Source: Candidatus Hydrogenedentota bacterium (GTDB lineage: Bacteria; Hydrogenedentota; Hydrogenedentia; Hydrogenedentales; SLHB01). Taken from it: 64,000 nucleotides of DNA. Position numbers and translations under genes: made by a program. The notes below the pieces were generated by a model. That model worked only from the letters and a program-made list of their open reading frames with translations, did no database searches and was not told the origin of the DNA. Of this stretch, positions 51,110 to 60,890 are shown piece by piece. Location of the stretch: assembly GCA_963668025.2 (NCBI GenBank), contig CAXXTH010000010.1:224001-288000 (forward strand), given 5' to 3'. Positions within the stretch are counted from its first letter, which is position 1, and each line of letters begins with the position of its first letter.

Positions 51110-51634
51110 CTAGACCGCGCCCCATCGCCGGAGGAGCTCATAAAGCACCACGCCGAAAGCCGTGGCCACATTGATGGTGTTTTTAAAGCCATGCATGGGG
51201 ATATGCACGACGGCATCGGATTGTTCGAGCGCTTCCGGCGCGACACCGGTTACTTCATTTCCGAACACCACCGCCACGGGGCGGGGCCATTCATACTCGA
51301 AGAGTGACGTAGAGCCTTCCGCGATCTCGATGGCGACGATGGGAACGCCTTGCGCCCGCAAGGCGTCGAGCGCCTCGGTGGTGTGGGTGTAATGCGTCCA
51401 GGGGATGTAATCGAACGCCCCGAGAGCCGTTTTCGCCAGCTTCAGATTCGGCGGATACGCCGTCATGCCGCACAGATGCATATGCGCCACCGCGCCCGCA
51501 TCAGCCGTGCGGAAAATGCTGCCCGTATTGAACGCGCTACGGATGTTATCGAGCACCACATGTACGGGATTGCGCGGAATCGCATCGAGCCGGTCCGGCG
51601 TGATCATACGGTAGTGTGGTTCCAATTCACCCAT
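51110..51634 (-). CDS. TrmH/SpoU-family RNA methyltransferase
   Basis: VLDNIRS.FN.GSIFRTADA, VFGNEVTG, IPMHG.KNTINVA. Confidence 0.92.
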   Translation of the reverse strand: MGELEPHYRMITPDRLDAIPRNPVHVVLDNIRSAFNTGSIFRTADAGAVAHMHLCGMTAYPPNLKLAKTALGAFDYIPWTHYTHTTEALDALRAQGVPIVAIEIAEGSTSLFEYEWPRPVAVVFGNEVTGVAPEALEQSDAVVHIPMHGFKNTINVATAFGVVLYELLRRWGAV

Positions 51635-51649
51635 TCTTGACTCCTATCG

Positions 51650-52342
51650 TCACGGCACATCCTTGCCGCACACCCCATCGATAGTAAGATTCGGATTCGG
51701 CCCGCCGTCGTTGGCGGGGATTAGCTCGTTCCAGCCCAGATACGCCACATGCCCGTCGGCGAAGAGGAAGAGGCGCTTGCCACCCTTGGCGAACCAGCCC
51801 GCATCCGTGGCGAAGGCCGTGTGATTGGCGTACCACTCACCCACGAGGATCTTCTTCGAGGGATGCCGCACGCCCGCCGATCGCTGGGGGATGGTGGGCT
51901 GGGGATTCTGGTAATTGTCAAGTACGCTGTTCATGGTGTTTATTTGCTCAGGGGAGTGATAGAACGCCATCGAGTAGGCGTACGTCGTGCCATCGAAGCG
52001 CGTGCCCATTTCAGAGCGCGGATCGCTCGGGCACCAGAATACGCCGGGATTATCCTTTCCCCGGGGAACATATTCCTCGATAGCCTTGCGCCACCCCCGG
52101 CCCATCCAAAACCACACGCCCGATGAATCGGGGTCGTCCGCGGAGGGATACTTTCCGTCATGTTCGAGTTCATACATGGCGAACGCCAGGCCGATTTGGC
52201 GCAGGTTGTTGGTGCAGGAGGTGCGGCAGGCGCTTTCGCGCGCACGAACCAGCGCCGGAAGCAGAATCGCCGTTAGCACGCCGATGATGGCGAGCACCAC
52301 CAACAGCTCGACCAAGGTAAAACCATGTTTTTGTTGCATCAT
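51650..52342 (-). CDS. Prepilin-type N-terminal cleavage/methylation (DUF1559-like) protein
   Basis: [34 protein letters not shown]; CPSD; LFADGHV. Confidence 0.88.
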   Translation of the reverse strand: MMQQKHGFTLVELLVVLAIIGVLTAILLPALVRARESACRTSCTNNLRQIGLAFAMYELEHDGKYPSADDPDSSGVWFWMGRGWRKAIEEYVPRGKDNPGVFWCPSDPRSEMGTRFDGTTYAYSMAFYHSPEQINTMNSVLDNYQNPQPTIPQRSAGVRHPSKKILVGEWYANHTAFATDAGWFAKGGKRLFLFADGHVAYLGWNELIPANDGGPNPNLTIDGVCGKDVP

Positions 52343-52365
52343 GCCTCGATTCTAGAGCCATATCC

Positions 52366-52526
52366 CGCAGCCTGGGCGTCTCGCCCATGAAGCTATGGAA
52401 GCCACGCGCGCCGCATGGGCAAAACGCCCATGCCACCGGTCCGCTGAAAGATCCGTAGGGTGGGGCTTGCCCCACCATTCAAAGCCCACATGGACGTTTC
52501 GCCCATGCTTCGGGTCCGCTGAAAGC
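52366..52526. repeat. REP cluster (BIME-like)
   Basis: Three catgggcg..cgcccatg variants, one GTAGggtggggcttgccccacc, and a duplicated ggtccgctgaaag. Confidence 0.8.
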
Positions 52527-52662
52527 GAGATTGTAGAGGATTACCATGCTGAGGTAAAGCCAACAAATTGTCTCAGTTATGAAAGGCATTTGATTTGACA
52601 ATATCATGCGCTCAAAATGATAGGCAGGTATTCAGGCTAAATAAGGCAAACCGAGGAAAAAC

Positions 52663-54690
52663 ATGATGCTATACCATATAAGCGCTACGTCAACAACACG
52701 CTTTCGGGAATGGGCTTCATCGCGGCATGCCATGCGCGCCATGTCGATTGTAATGAGCATAGGCTGTCTTCTTGCGGCAAGTCTTCTCGCCGCACCTATT
52801 GTCCACGCGGAATCCCCTGATGCGGTGAAAGGCGGCATGCTTGTCAGCGGTCCGGATGCGGAGCGCCAGCTCAATGCGCTTTTAGATAAACAGGGACGTC
52901 CATTACAGTTTGCCGTGGTGGCGGACCGGACGGGCGGGCACCGGGGAAATGTGTTTGAAGAGGCGCTCCATAAGGCTGGCGCATTGCATCCCGATTTCAT
53001 TATGAGCGTGGGCGATTTGATCGAGGGGTATACGGTGGATGAATCGCTCCTTCAGACACAATGGAATGAATTCCATACCTTTCTGAACGGGCTTCCCGTA
53101 CCCTTTGTTGCCACGCCAGGAAACCACGACATCTCCAATGCCGTGATGGCGAAAGGCTGGGCGGAACGTTTTAGAAGGCCGTATTACTCGTTTGTGCGGG
53201 ATAAGGTGTTGTTTCTTGTCTTGAATACGGAAGATCCGCCCGGCGGCCATATGAGCACTGAACAGGCGGCCTTCGTCAAAAACACCCTGCAAAAGAACGC
53301 CCAGGTGAAATGGACGTTTGTTTTCATGCATGAGCCGATGTGGTCGAGCGCGAATCCGAACGGATGGAGCGATATCGAGAAGCTGCTGCAAGAACGGCCG
53401 CATAGCATCATTGTTGGCCACATGCATCAATACTGTTACGAGGAGCGCGCGGGAAATGCATACATCACACTGTCCACTTCAGGGGGAGCCAGCGAGGTCC
53501 GTGGGCCTAATTATGGAGAATTCGACCATATTTTATGGGTGGCCATGACCGATAGCGGCCCTGAGTTTTCCAATGTGATGCTGGACGGGATATGGGATTC
53601 CCAGGTGTATACGCCAGCGATTCAGAAAGCCATGGAGCCTGTACTCACAAACCACGAGATCAGCGCGAAGCCCATTCTGATCGCCCAGCCCACTTTCACG
53701 GGCGGCTCGAGCGCCTTCGAGCTTTCCAACCCTACGGATTATGAGATGGCGCTGCAAGGCTATTTCCGCACCAATGCGTTGATTCGCCCGCAACCATGGG
53801 ACATAGACGCCGTTATTCCGCCGCATTCCTCCAAGACTATTGATTTTACTCTTTCCGCCTCCAGAGAATTGAACGTAAGCGAGGCCGCCCCCCTGGAGAT
53901 GCGGTGGCATGCCTCCTACACTATCCCTGGCCGCCCGCCCCTGGAAAAAGAGGGAAGCTATTTTGTCTTTGTCATGGCGGATGCGATTGAGTCCAGCCAG
54001 CTAGAGGGCTTACCGTTCGCGGCGCTTGCGGATCTAGCGATTCCGTTATCCAGCGCGGGCTACAAAAAACAAGCCTTGGATGTCGTGGACTATTTTGTCC
54101 CGCAGGCGGCATCGGCGGAGCAGCTCATCGAGATCGCCCGGGTTTGCACCCTGGCCGGTCTGGAGTCCGGCCTGTCCGCCAAATTAGGATTTGTCACGCA
54201 ATGGCGCTTGGCTGGCCCATTCCCGTGGAATCCGCAAGATGCATTCCGGACAGCTTATATCAACGAACCCGCCGTGGACTGCTCGCAGGATTATGAGTTC
54301 AATGGCGCAAAACAGCCCTGGCGCTCCCTGGATACCAAGGAAGCCCTTGGAGTATTTGATCTCCTGGAAACATTTGGCGAAACGATGTATGCAACGGCAT
54401 TCGCCCATTCCACGATATCGGCCTCCCAGGAATGCGACGCCGTATTGCGCCTAGGCTCTGATGACGGCGTGCGCGTATGGCTTAATCATGCGCTTGTCTA
54501 CGAGAAAAATGCCATTCGCGGAATGGCGCTCGATGGCGACACCGTGCCCGTTCATCTTCAAGCTGGAGCGAACACCTTGCTGGTGCAGATTACGCAAAGC
54601 AGCGAAGGCTGGCGCTTCTGCCTGCGCATCACCGAACCGGAAGGCAAGCCGATTCACTTTACTTATGCCGAACAACAAGCAGCGGAGTAG
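52663..54690 (+). CDS. Secreted calcineurin-like metallophosphoesterase with a C-terminal beta-sandwich domain (start may be downstream)
   Basis: AD, GDLIEG, PGNHD, FMH.P, GHMH motifs; C-terminal LGSDDGVRVWLN..GANTLLV. Confidence 0.85.
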   Translation: MMLYHISATSTTRFREWASSRHAMRAMSIVMSIGCLLAASLLAAPIVHAESPDAVKGGMLVSGPDAERQLNALLDKQGRPLQFAVVADRTGGHRGNVFEEALHKAGALHPDFIMSVGDLIEGYTVDESLLQTQWNEFHTFLNGLPVPFVATPGNHDISNAVMAKGWAERFRRPYYSFVRDKVLFLVLNTEDPPGGHMSTEQAAFVKNTLQKNAQVKWTFVFMHEPMWSSANPNGWSDIEKLLQERPHSIIVGHMHQYCYEERAGNAYITLSTSGGASEVRGPNYGEFDHILWVAMTDSGPEFSNVMLDGIWDSQVYTPAIQKAMEPVLTNHEISAKPILIAQPTFTGGSSAFELSNPTDYEMALQGYFRTNALIRPQPWDIDAVIPPHSSKTIDFTLSASRELNVSEAAPLEMRWHASYTIPGRPPLEKEGSYFVFVMADAIESSQLEGLPFAALADLAIPLSSAGYKKQALDVVDYFVPQAASAEQLIEIARVCTLAGLESGLSAKLGFVTQWRLAGPFPWNPQDAFRTAYINEPAVDCSQDYEFNGAKQPWRSLDTKEALGVFDLLETFGETMYATAFAHSTISASQECDAVLRLGSDDGVRVWLNHALVYEKNAIRGMALDGDTVPVHLQAGANTLLVQITQSSEGWRFCLRITEPEGKPIHFTYAEQQAAE

Positions 54691-54929
54691 AAGCGGCATG
54701 AGTTGCAGAGCAATCGCATTGAAATGGCTTATTTCTTTTCTCTATAGCAGGAGAATTAGCCACAAGAGGCTCAAAAAACACAAAATTGTTTTTTTGTGCC
54801 CCTTGTGCCTAAATCTGGGCTGTTTGTAATACGATTGCCTTGGCCTGAGTTGCATTGCTCCGGCAGCCAGGATATATTCGTTCCAACATGTAGCCCCTGC
54901 CCATATAGCCAGGGCAAAAGGAGAAAGCC

Positions 54930-56078
54930 ATGCAGAACTTTTCTTATTACAATCCTGTTCGTATCGTCTTCGGGCAGAATACGATTGCCGAATTGCCAAA
55001 GCTGGTGCCGGCTGGCGCGAAGATCATGATGACCTATGGCGGCGGCTCCATTTTCAAAAATGGCGTGTATGAGCAAGCCAAACAGGCCTTGCAGGGATAC
55101 GCCGTAGTGGAGTTCGGCGGAATCGAAGCGAATCCGCATTATGAAACCTGCATGAAGGCCGTAGAGCTTGGCCGTAATGAACACGTGAATTTCTTACTGG
55201 CGGTCGGCGGCGGCTCCGTGGCGGACGCCACGAAGTTCATCGCAGGGGCGATCCCGTGGACCAAGGGCGATCCGTGGGCGTTCATGATGGTCCACGCCCC
55301 GCAACTAACGGAAGCGATTCCCATGGGCTGCGTGATCACCTTGCCCGCCACCGGTTCAGAGATGAATTATAGCGCGGTGATCACCCGCGCCGCGACCCAG
55401 GAAAAGTTCCATTTCGGCGACCCGATGGTGTATCCCCAGTTCTCCATTATCGATCCGCAAGTGACATTCAGCCTGCCGCAGCGGCAAGTCATAAACGGCA
55501 TCGCCGACACATTTGTGCATGTCATGGAACAGTACATGACGTATGATGTCAATACCCCGCTGCAAGACCACCTGGCCGAAGGCATCATTAGGACATTGTT
55601 GGACGAATCTCCGAAAGTCCTTTCTAAGCCCGATGATTATGATGTCCGCGCCAACCTATTCTGGTGCTCCACCCTTGGCCTCAACGGCTTGATCGGCATG
55701 GGTGTGGTGCAAGACTGGGCCACCCACATGATCGGCCACGAACTCACCGCGCTCTACGGCCTCGATCACGGCGTCACGCTGGCCATCATCATGCCCGAAC
55801 TCTGGCGCTACAAGATTGCCGGCAAGAAGGGCAAGCTCATCCAACTCGGCAAGGAAGTCTTCGGCGTGGACACACCCGAAGCCACGATCCGGAAAACCGA
55901 GGAATTCTTCCATTCCATCGGCATGAAGACCAAGCTGGCGGATTACGGCGTCCAAGCGGAAGAAGCCGCCGCACACGTGCGTGACCGCTTCAACGCACGC
56001 GGCACGAAACTCGGCGAACATGGCGAACATGGCGACATCGACGGCAACGCGGCGTACGCGATATTGAGGAATTGCTAG
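54930..56078 (+). CDS. Iron-containing NADPH-dependent alcohol/aldehyde dehydrogenase (YqhD/BdhA-like)
   Basis: YGGGSI, GGIEANP, AVGGGSV.D.TK, TLPATGSE, DWATHMIGHELTA.YGLDH. Confidence 0.93.
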   Translation: MQNFSYYNPVRIVFGQNTIAELPKLVPAGAKIMMTYGGGSIFKNGVYEQAKQALQGYAVVEFGGIEANPHYETCMKAVELGRNEHVNFLLAVGGGSVADATKFIAGAIPWTKGDPWAFMMVHAPQLTEAIPMGCVITLPATGSEMNYSAVITRAATQEKFHFGDPMVYPQFSIIDPQVTFSLPQRQVINGIADTFVHVMEQYMTYDVNTPLQDHLAEGIIRTLLDESPKVLSKPDDYDVRANLFWCSTLGLNGLIGMGVVQDWATHMIGHELTALYGLDHGVTLAIIMPELWRYKIAGKKGKLIQLGKEVFGVDTPEATIRKTEEFFHSIGMKTKLADYGVQAEEAAAHVRDRFNARGTKLGEHGEHGDIDGNAAYAILRNC

Positions 56079-56130
56079 AGTCGAGGATAGGTTTCCGATT
56101 ATCGTCAAAGCGGATGCTGAAGGTAGATTC

Positions 56131-56898
56131 ATGTATCTGATGTATGTGGATGAAAGTGGGGACTGCGGAATTATGAACAGTCCTACGCGTTATTTTGTTT
56201 TGACTGGTCTTGTCGTCCACGAGCTTCGTTGGAAGGCGTATCTAGACACATTCGTTGGATTTCGTCGGAGAATGAAACAACAGTTCGGAATTCGGCTTCG
56301 CGAAGAAATTCATGCAGGTGATTTCATAAGCAGGCCAGGAGCGCTTGTACGCATCAAACGGAATGATAGATTAGCGCTTCTACGGGTGTTTACGGATCAA
56401 TTAGCATCCATGCTAGACTTTAGCGAAATTAATGTCGTCGTTGATAAAGAAGGCAAGGCTCCGCAGTATGATGTATTTGAGGCGGCATGGAAAGCACTAA
56501 TTCAACGTTTTGAAAACACGTTGGCGCGTCGCAACTTCTCAGGACCACAGAATCCAGATGAACGTGGTATGTTATTTCCAGACGATACTGACCGCAAGAA
56601 GCTCACTCTTGTGTTAAGAAAAATGCGCCGTTACAATCCAATTCCTAACAGTAGTGAATATGGTCTTGGTTCGCGTAATATTTTGATGGCGAATGTCATT
56701 GAAGATCCGAATTTTCGCGATTCTGAGCATTCTTATTTTATACAGGCTGCCGATCTTGCCGCTTTTTTACTATATCAACACCTTGCTCCCAGCGCATACA
56801 TGAAGAAAAAATCAGGCCAGAATTATTTCTTGAGGCTAGATCCCATTTTGTGTAAGGTCGCATCGAGCAGCAATCCATATGGCATAGTGTATCTATGA
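56131..56898 (+). CDS. DUF3800-family protein (predicted RNase H-like fold)
   Basis: N-terminal YVDESG, central LFPDD, C-terminal DS..SYFIQAADL (DE plus QxxD signature); visibly AT-richer than flanks. Confidence 0.85.
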   Translation: MYLMYVDESGDCGIMNSPTRYFVLTGLVVHELRWKAYLDTFVGFRRRMKQQFGIRLREEIHAGDFISRPGALVRIKRNDRLALLRVFTDQLASMLDFSEINVVVDKEGKAPQYDVFEAAWKALIQRFENTLARRNFSGPQNPDERGMLFPDDTDRKKLTLVLRKMRRYNPIPNSSEYGLGSRNILMANVIEDPNFRDSEHSYFIQAADLAAFLLYQHLAPSAYMKKKSGQNYFLRLDPILCKVASSSNPYGIVYL

Positions 56899-56960
56899 AA
56901 AAAGGGGACTTTCGTCCCCGGAGGAATCCTACTATCCAGACGAGCCGGGATTCAGATTCC
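56898..56960 (-). ncRNA. Putative DUF3800-associated small RNA (~63 nt)
   Basis: Own promoter TTGACG-17-TATACT; GAAUCC/GGAUUC stem; GGGGAC-GAAA-GUCCCC-U6 terminator ending at the gene's stop codon. Confidence 0.65.
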
Positions 56961-56966
56961 ATATTC

Positions 56967-56995
56967 AGTATATTCCAAAAAAAATATGGCGTCAA
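56967..56995 (-). promoter_or_regulatory. Sigma70 promoter facing the DUF3800 gene
   Basis: -35 TTGACG (56995-56990), 17 bp spacer, -10 TATACT (56972-56967). Confidence 0.7.
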
Positions 56996-57421
56996 ACCTA
57001 TTTGGCTTCATTTTATGATTTGCCCTGTTATGCCAGTCACTCCAGCTTGCGTAGTTCCGCCACGCCGATGCCGAACCGACATGTGAGCATGTCGACGCCA
57101 TTGCCTTTGTTCCAGGTTTAGCCGCCCATTTTTGTAGTGAGACCAGTGATAGATTTCCATACCTCAGCATACGTGAGGTTCCGCACGATGTCTTCCTTGA
57201 ACTCCAATACCTGAACTGATCGAGACTCACCAACAGAAAAGGATGGACACTCTATCATGCAAACCATTGAGTTTGAAGAAATGTTCTTATACTATGCGCT
57301 TACTCACTTGATTATTATTGTAAAATTTACAAAATGGGCATTCGTTGTTTTAGGGTAGCGCACTGTTTACCCTGCACCCAGTGCATCCAGACCAAAGCCG
57401 GTCATGAAAGGGGTATTCAAC

Positions 57422-57696
57422 ATGACTTTGTTGATCTTGTTCTGCGCCAGCTTGATAGCTTCAGCCAATTCGGCGGCATCGGAAGAGCGTGTGATTCCAT
57501 CTTTCTCCGGTCCCACGCCTGGGGTGTTGCGTGATATCCAAATTCCCACCATCGATATTTCCCAACAAAAATGGCGGCACTCCATAGTCGCGCCAGGCAC
57601 AGAAACGGCGTATCAAGGCCATTGCGACACCGTCCTGCTTCCCGATGGCAAGACGATGTTCACGGCCTGGACGCATGATCACGCCAGGCTCGTGGT
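57422..57696 (+). pseudogene. 5' fragment of a secreted sialidase/BNR-like protein truncated by IS
   Basis: Signal peptide then IPTIDISQ..R..IVA.GTE..YQGH..TVLLPDGKTMF..WT..H; stops at the IS end. Confidence 0.6.
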
Positions 57697-59518
57697 GAGG
57701 CATTTGCGAAATAGCGTGGTTTGCGAACGCGCGGACGGTGCGGGCACACGCGGAGCGGTTTTCGCCTGTGGCAATGGGATTACGCCTCCGCTACGGGTGC
57801 AATAAATCATGCAGGAGGTTCGCGTGTAGGACCCTTGCGGCCCGAATGGGCATGGTTTGCCCTTGATTCGGGCCATCATTGCTTGTGCGGATTCGATGTG
57901 ATCTATGCGGCGCGGGGCTGTCCGAGGAGCGAGCGCATGCGTTCTGCCTGGCCGGCTTCGAGCCATCCCAGGGCCATGCCGAGCATGACGAGGAGGGCTA
58001 ATCCGGTGCGGGCGCGCATCTTTTTCATACCGCGGATGTAGTGGCGCTCGAATCCGTATGCGCCGTCGAGTCGGCTGTTGACTCGCTCGATGGCGGTGCG
58101 GTGTTTGTATTCGCGGCGCCAGGATTTGGCGCTGCGGGGCAGGGGGGTAAAGATGCGCCGGTCGATAGCGATGGGCACGCGGACAATCCGTCCGTGTTCG
58201 GGCTGGCATCCTTGGTTGCAGAGGTCTTGCTGGGTACAGGCGCTCCCGCGTGCCTTGGCTGGGCAACGGTATTTCAAGGTTCCCCGATCTTGCTCGAATC
58301 CTTGGTAGGCCATGGAATCATAGTTGTCGCGTTCGTTTGGGGCGCCGTTACGACACCGGCAGAGGACTTCACCTCGTTCGGTATGGAAGATCGTGTCTAC
58401 CCGTTCGGGATATAAAGGGCGGGGCCGTTCCGGTTCTTCTTTCCAGGTCGCCCGGATGTCCACGATGGGCCGGATTTCATGTTCCTCGAAGAGGCCCTTG
58501 TTGTTGGCTTCGGAATCATAGCCCTTGTCGGCGCTGAGGTACTCGGCGCGTTGGACGAGTTCGGGGTGGCGCGCGTCGAGAGCCGCCACGAGGGGCAGCA
58601 GAAAGGGCGAGTCGTTGGCGCTGGCTTTCGTGACCGCGTAGCCCAGCGGCAATTCATATTTCGTGTCCACGATGAGGTGCAGCTTGTAGCCGAACCACCG
58701 TTTGACCTTCTCCCAGGGCGTGCCGTCCTTGTGAACGCCCTTGTAGGTTTTCGTGCCCCAGTCTGCGTCGCGGTCGCGCCGCCCGTCCGGCTCTTCGTTT
58801 TCCAGGACCGCGTCTTTGCGCGGAGGCTTGGCGTGGGTTTGGATGGCTTTCGAGTCTACGGCCAGACGCACCCCGAGATCCGGCAAGCGTTCCATCAGCC
58901 GGACGATGAGCGCGTCGAACATCCGGTCCACTTCTTTCCAGTGGCGCAGTAATCTGGCGAAGAACCGCGTGTACACCCATTCGGGCGGGACCGCCTTGGC
59001 GCCCCGCAACACGTCGAATCCGCACAACTGGCGCAATTGCCCGTTTCGGGCTAGTTCGCGGCGCAGGCTTTCGACGCCGTCGTGCTGGAAGACGATCCCC
59101 GCCAGTATGCTGTTCCACATCGCGCGGATAGGATAATCGTCGCGCCGCCCCTTGCGTTCGGCTTCCATCGCCCGCATCAAATCTTCATCCGGCAGCGCCG
59201 CCAGCAACAGGTTCAGCCGATCCAGATCCGACGCCGCGTCGACCTGGTTCCACGAGAACAACCCCATTTGGTGTATAATGGCCATCGCAAACGTCTCCTT
59301 GGTGTGTGCGTGGTTATGTGGTCAACTATACTACAATCACACACGGGAGACGTTACGCCTTTTCCCGCTCGCCGAGGGCATTTGGGGTGATTTTTCACAA
59401 AAAATCCTTATTCATGCCCCCGCCAAGCCCCTTTCCCCGCATTCTCCGGGGTAGGCGCCAATTCCGCCGCTTTGTAAACCCTTGTCAATACGGATTTTCT
59501 TTATTTCGCAAATGCCTC
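57697..59518 (-). mobile_element. IS1182/IS5-like element
   Basis: Perfect 17-bp IRs gaggcatttgcgaaata / tatttcgcaaatgcctc; no TSD. Confidence 0.88.
57903..59285 (-). CDS. DDE transposase (DUF772-like N-terminus, IS1182-like)
   Basis: GRRDDYP, AVDS, WFGYKLHL, ADKGYDS, Y..RTAIERVNSRL. Confidence 0.9.
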   Translation of the reverse strand: MAIIHQMGLFSWNQVDAASDLDRLNLLLAALPDEDLMRAMEAERKGRRDDYPIRAMWNSILAGIVFQHDGVESLRRELARNGQLRQLCGFDVLRGAKAVPPEWVYTRFFARLLRHWKEVDRMFDALIVRLMERLPDLGVRLAVDSKAIQTHAKPPRKDAVLENEEPDGRRDRDADWGTKTYKGVHKDGTPWEKVKRWFGYKLHLIVDTKYELPLGYAVTKASANDSPFLLPLVAALDARHPELVQRAEYLSADKGYDSEANNKGLFEEHEIRPIVDIRATWKEEPERPRPLYPERVDTIFHTERGEVLCRCRNGAPNERDNYDSMAYQGFEQDRGTLKYRCPAKARGSACTQQDLCNQGCQPEHGRIVRVPIAIDRRIFTPLPRSAKSWRREYKHRTAIERVNSRLDGAYGFERHYIRGMKKMRARTGLALLVMLGMALGWLEAGQAERMRSLLGQPRAA

Positions 59519-60279
59519 CCTGTGTCCGGAATCTATACTTCAAGGGCGATCTTTCCACTTGGTATTCGCAATACTATTTTACTAAAGATTTGGCAAAATT
59601 CCTGAACACCCTGGAAAAGACGCACCGGGTTCAAAAACTGATGCAGATTATCCGCACACGGACGCCAGAAGCAAAAGCCCAATTGAAGGCATCTGTCATC
59701 GATATGTGCCATTTTTACATACAAAAAGCGCCGTTATTGCCGCCGGAGGCTCCGTGCAACACGGATCCGGCTTCGGTTACATTTGCGAATGAGCCGTCCG
59801 CGTATTTCCCAAAAGACGGCATTGCGTATGCCTATTTATTGAGCTACCTAGATGAAAAGGGCGATATGCTGCCATTGCTTGTACAAATACACAAACGCCA
59901 GCAAGACGCATCCTATGAAATGAGCATGTTTATGCGTAGCAAAAAAGGCGCGGAAGATGCCGAAGCGCCGCCAAAGGCATTCACTGGGACCGCACATGGC
60001 GCGGTCATCGCCTATGCCTGTGGCCAGATCCTACGCAAAATAATTTTGGACGAGGAACTGAAAGCTTCCTTAAGCACCAACCAGAAGAGTGTATTGGAAC
60101 AATTCACTCAGTTAGAAATGGCGGAACAAACGGAGTGGGAGGCGGACGTCGCGGAATGGTCTCAAAATTCCAGTGAGCCATTTGATAAAAGAAGGCCTGA
60201 TTGGAGAGATATGGAAAGCCAATCGGAAATCCTGCCACTCGCGGAAGCATTCGTGAATGCCGGACAAGAATCAAAGTGA
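59519..60279 (+). pseudogene. 3' part of a hypothetical gene that lost its start at the IS end
   Basis: Open frame with natural composition; the only upstream in-frame start (59482) lies inside the IS. Confidence 0.5.
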
Positions 60280-60554
60280 AACTTAGGTGGTTCATTATTA
60301 CAGGCGAGAACGTTTCAAGATTGGATGTAGCACCACGAATGGATTTCCATCTTCCGTGGCATGGGCGTCCCGCCCATGCCTGGAGTTTCTACCTTTTTTG
60401 GGCGAGGTGGACACGCTTTTTCTCTTGCCATCGCACAGCTTATCGTCTTTGTCGTAGCTTCCCTTTCGCCGAATAGGCCGGTCATTTAAAATATATATTG
60501 ACATACCGACTCGTTTGTGCTACAATCTTGTTGGCTAGGCAGGAGGGCGGCGCC

Positions 60555-60890
60555 ATGAATGACGAATTGCGTGACACGATCCTAGAGGCTATGGAAAAAG
60601 GGCTTGAGGCGCAGCTTCGGGCGGTGCGCCGTCTGCGTAGGGGGGAAGAATCCAGGGAGGAGCCACGACCCAGAACAAGTATGTCGCAAGTAGATATGGC
60701 ATATGACATACTCTTGAGGGCCGCTCATCCCCTTCATGTCAATGAGATCCTGAGTCGCATTCATGCGGTCTTCGGCATTACGGTGGACCGGGAAAGCCTG
60801 GTGTCTTCCCTCACCAAAAAGGTGGCTCGGGAAGACCGCTTTGTCCGCGCGGACAAGAACACCTTCGGACTCAAAGGAGGCAAGCGATGA
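60555..60890 (+). CDS. Small winged-helix (HARE-HTH-like) accessory protein of the IS
   Basis: MSQVDMAYDIL..A.HPLHVNEIL..I......SLVSSL.K.V....RFVR...NTFGL; stop overlaps the transposase ATG (ATGA). Confidence 0.75.
   Translation: MNDELRDTILEAMEKGLEAQLRAVRRLRRGEESREEPRPRTSMSQVDMAYDILLRAAHPLHVNEILSRIHAVFGITVDRESLVSSLTKKVAREDRFVRADKNTFGLKGGKR

Noticed and set aside
52366-52526. Possible CRISPR array
   Set aside because: Units are degenerate, of mixed types and irregularly spaced; they match the REP families; no cas genes in the window.
56013-56038. 9-bp duplication (GEHGEHGD) at the ADH C-terminus
   Set aside because: Trivial in-frame slippage with no evident significance.
57036-57260. Minus-strand frame with one internal TAA (..VLEFKEDIVRNLTYAEVWKS..)
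   Set aside because: Might be a gene remnant, but no family is recognised and support is too weak to call.
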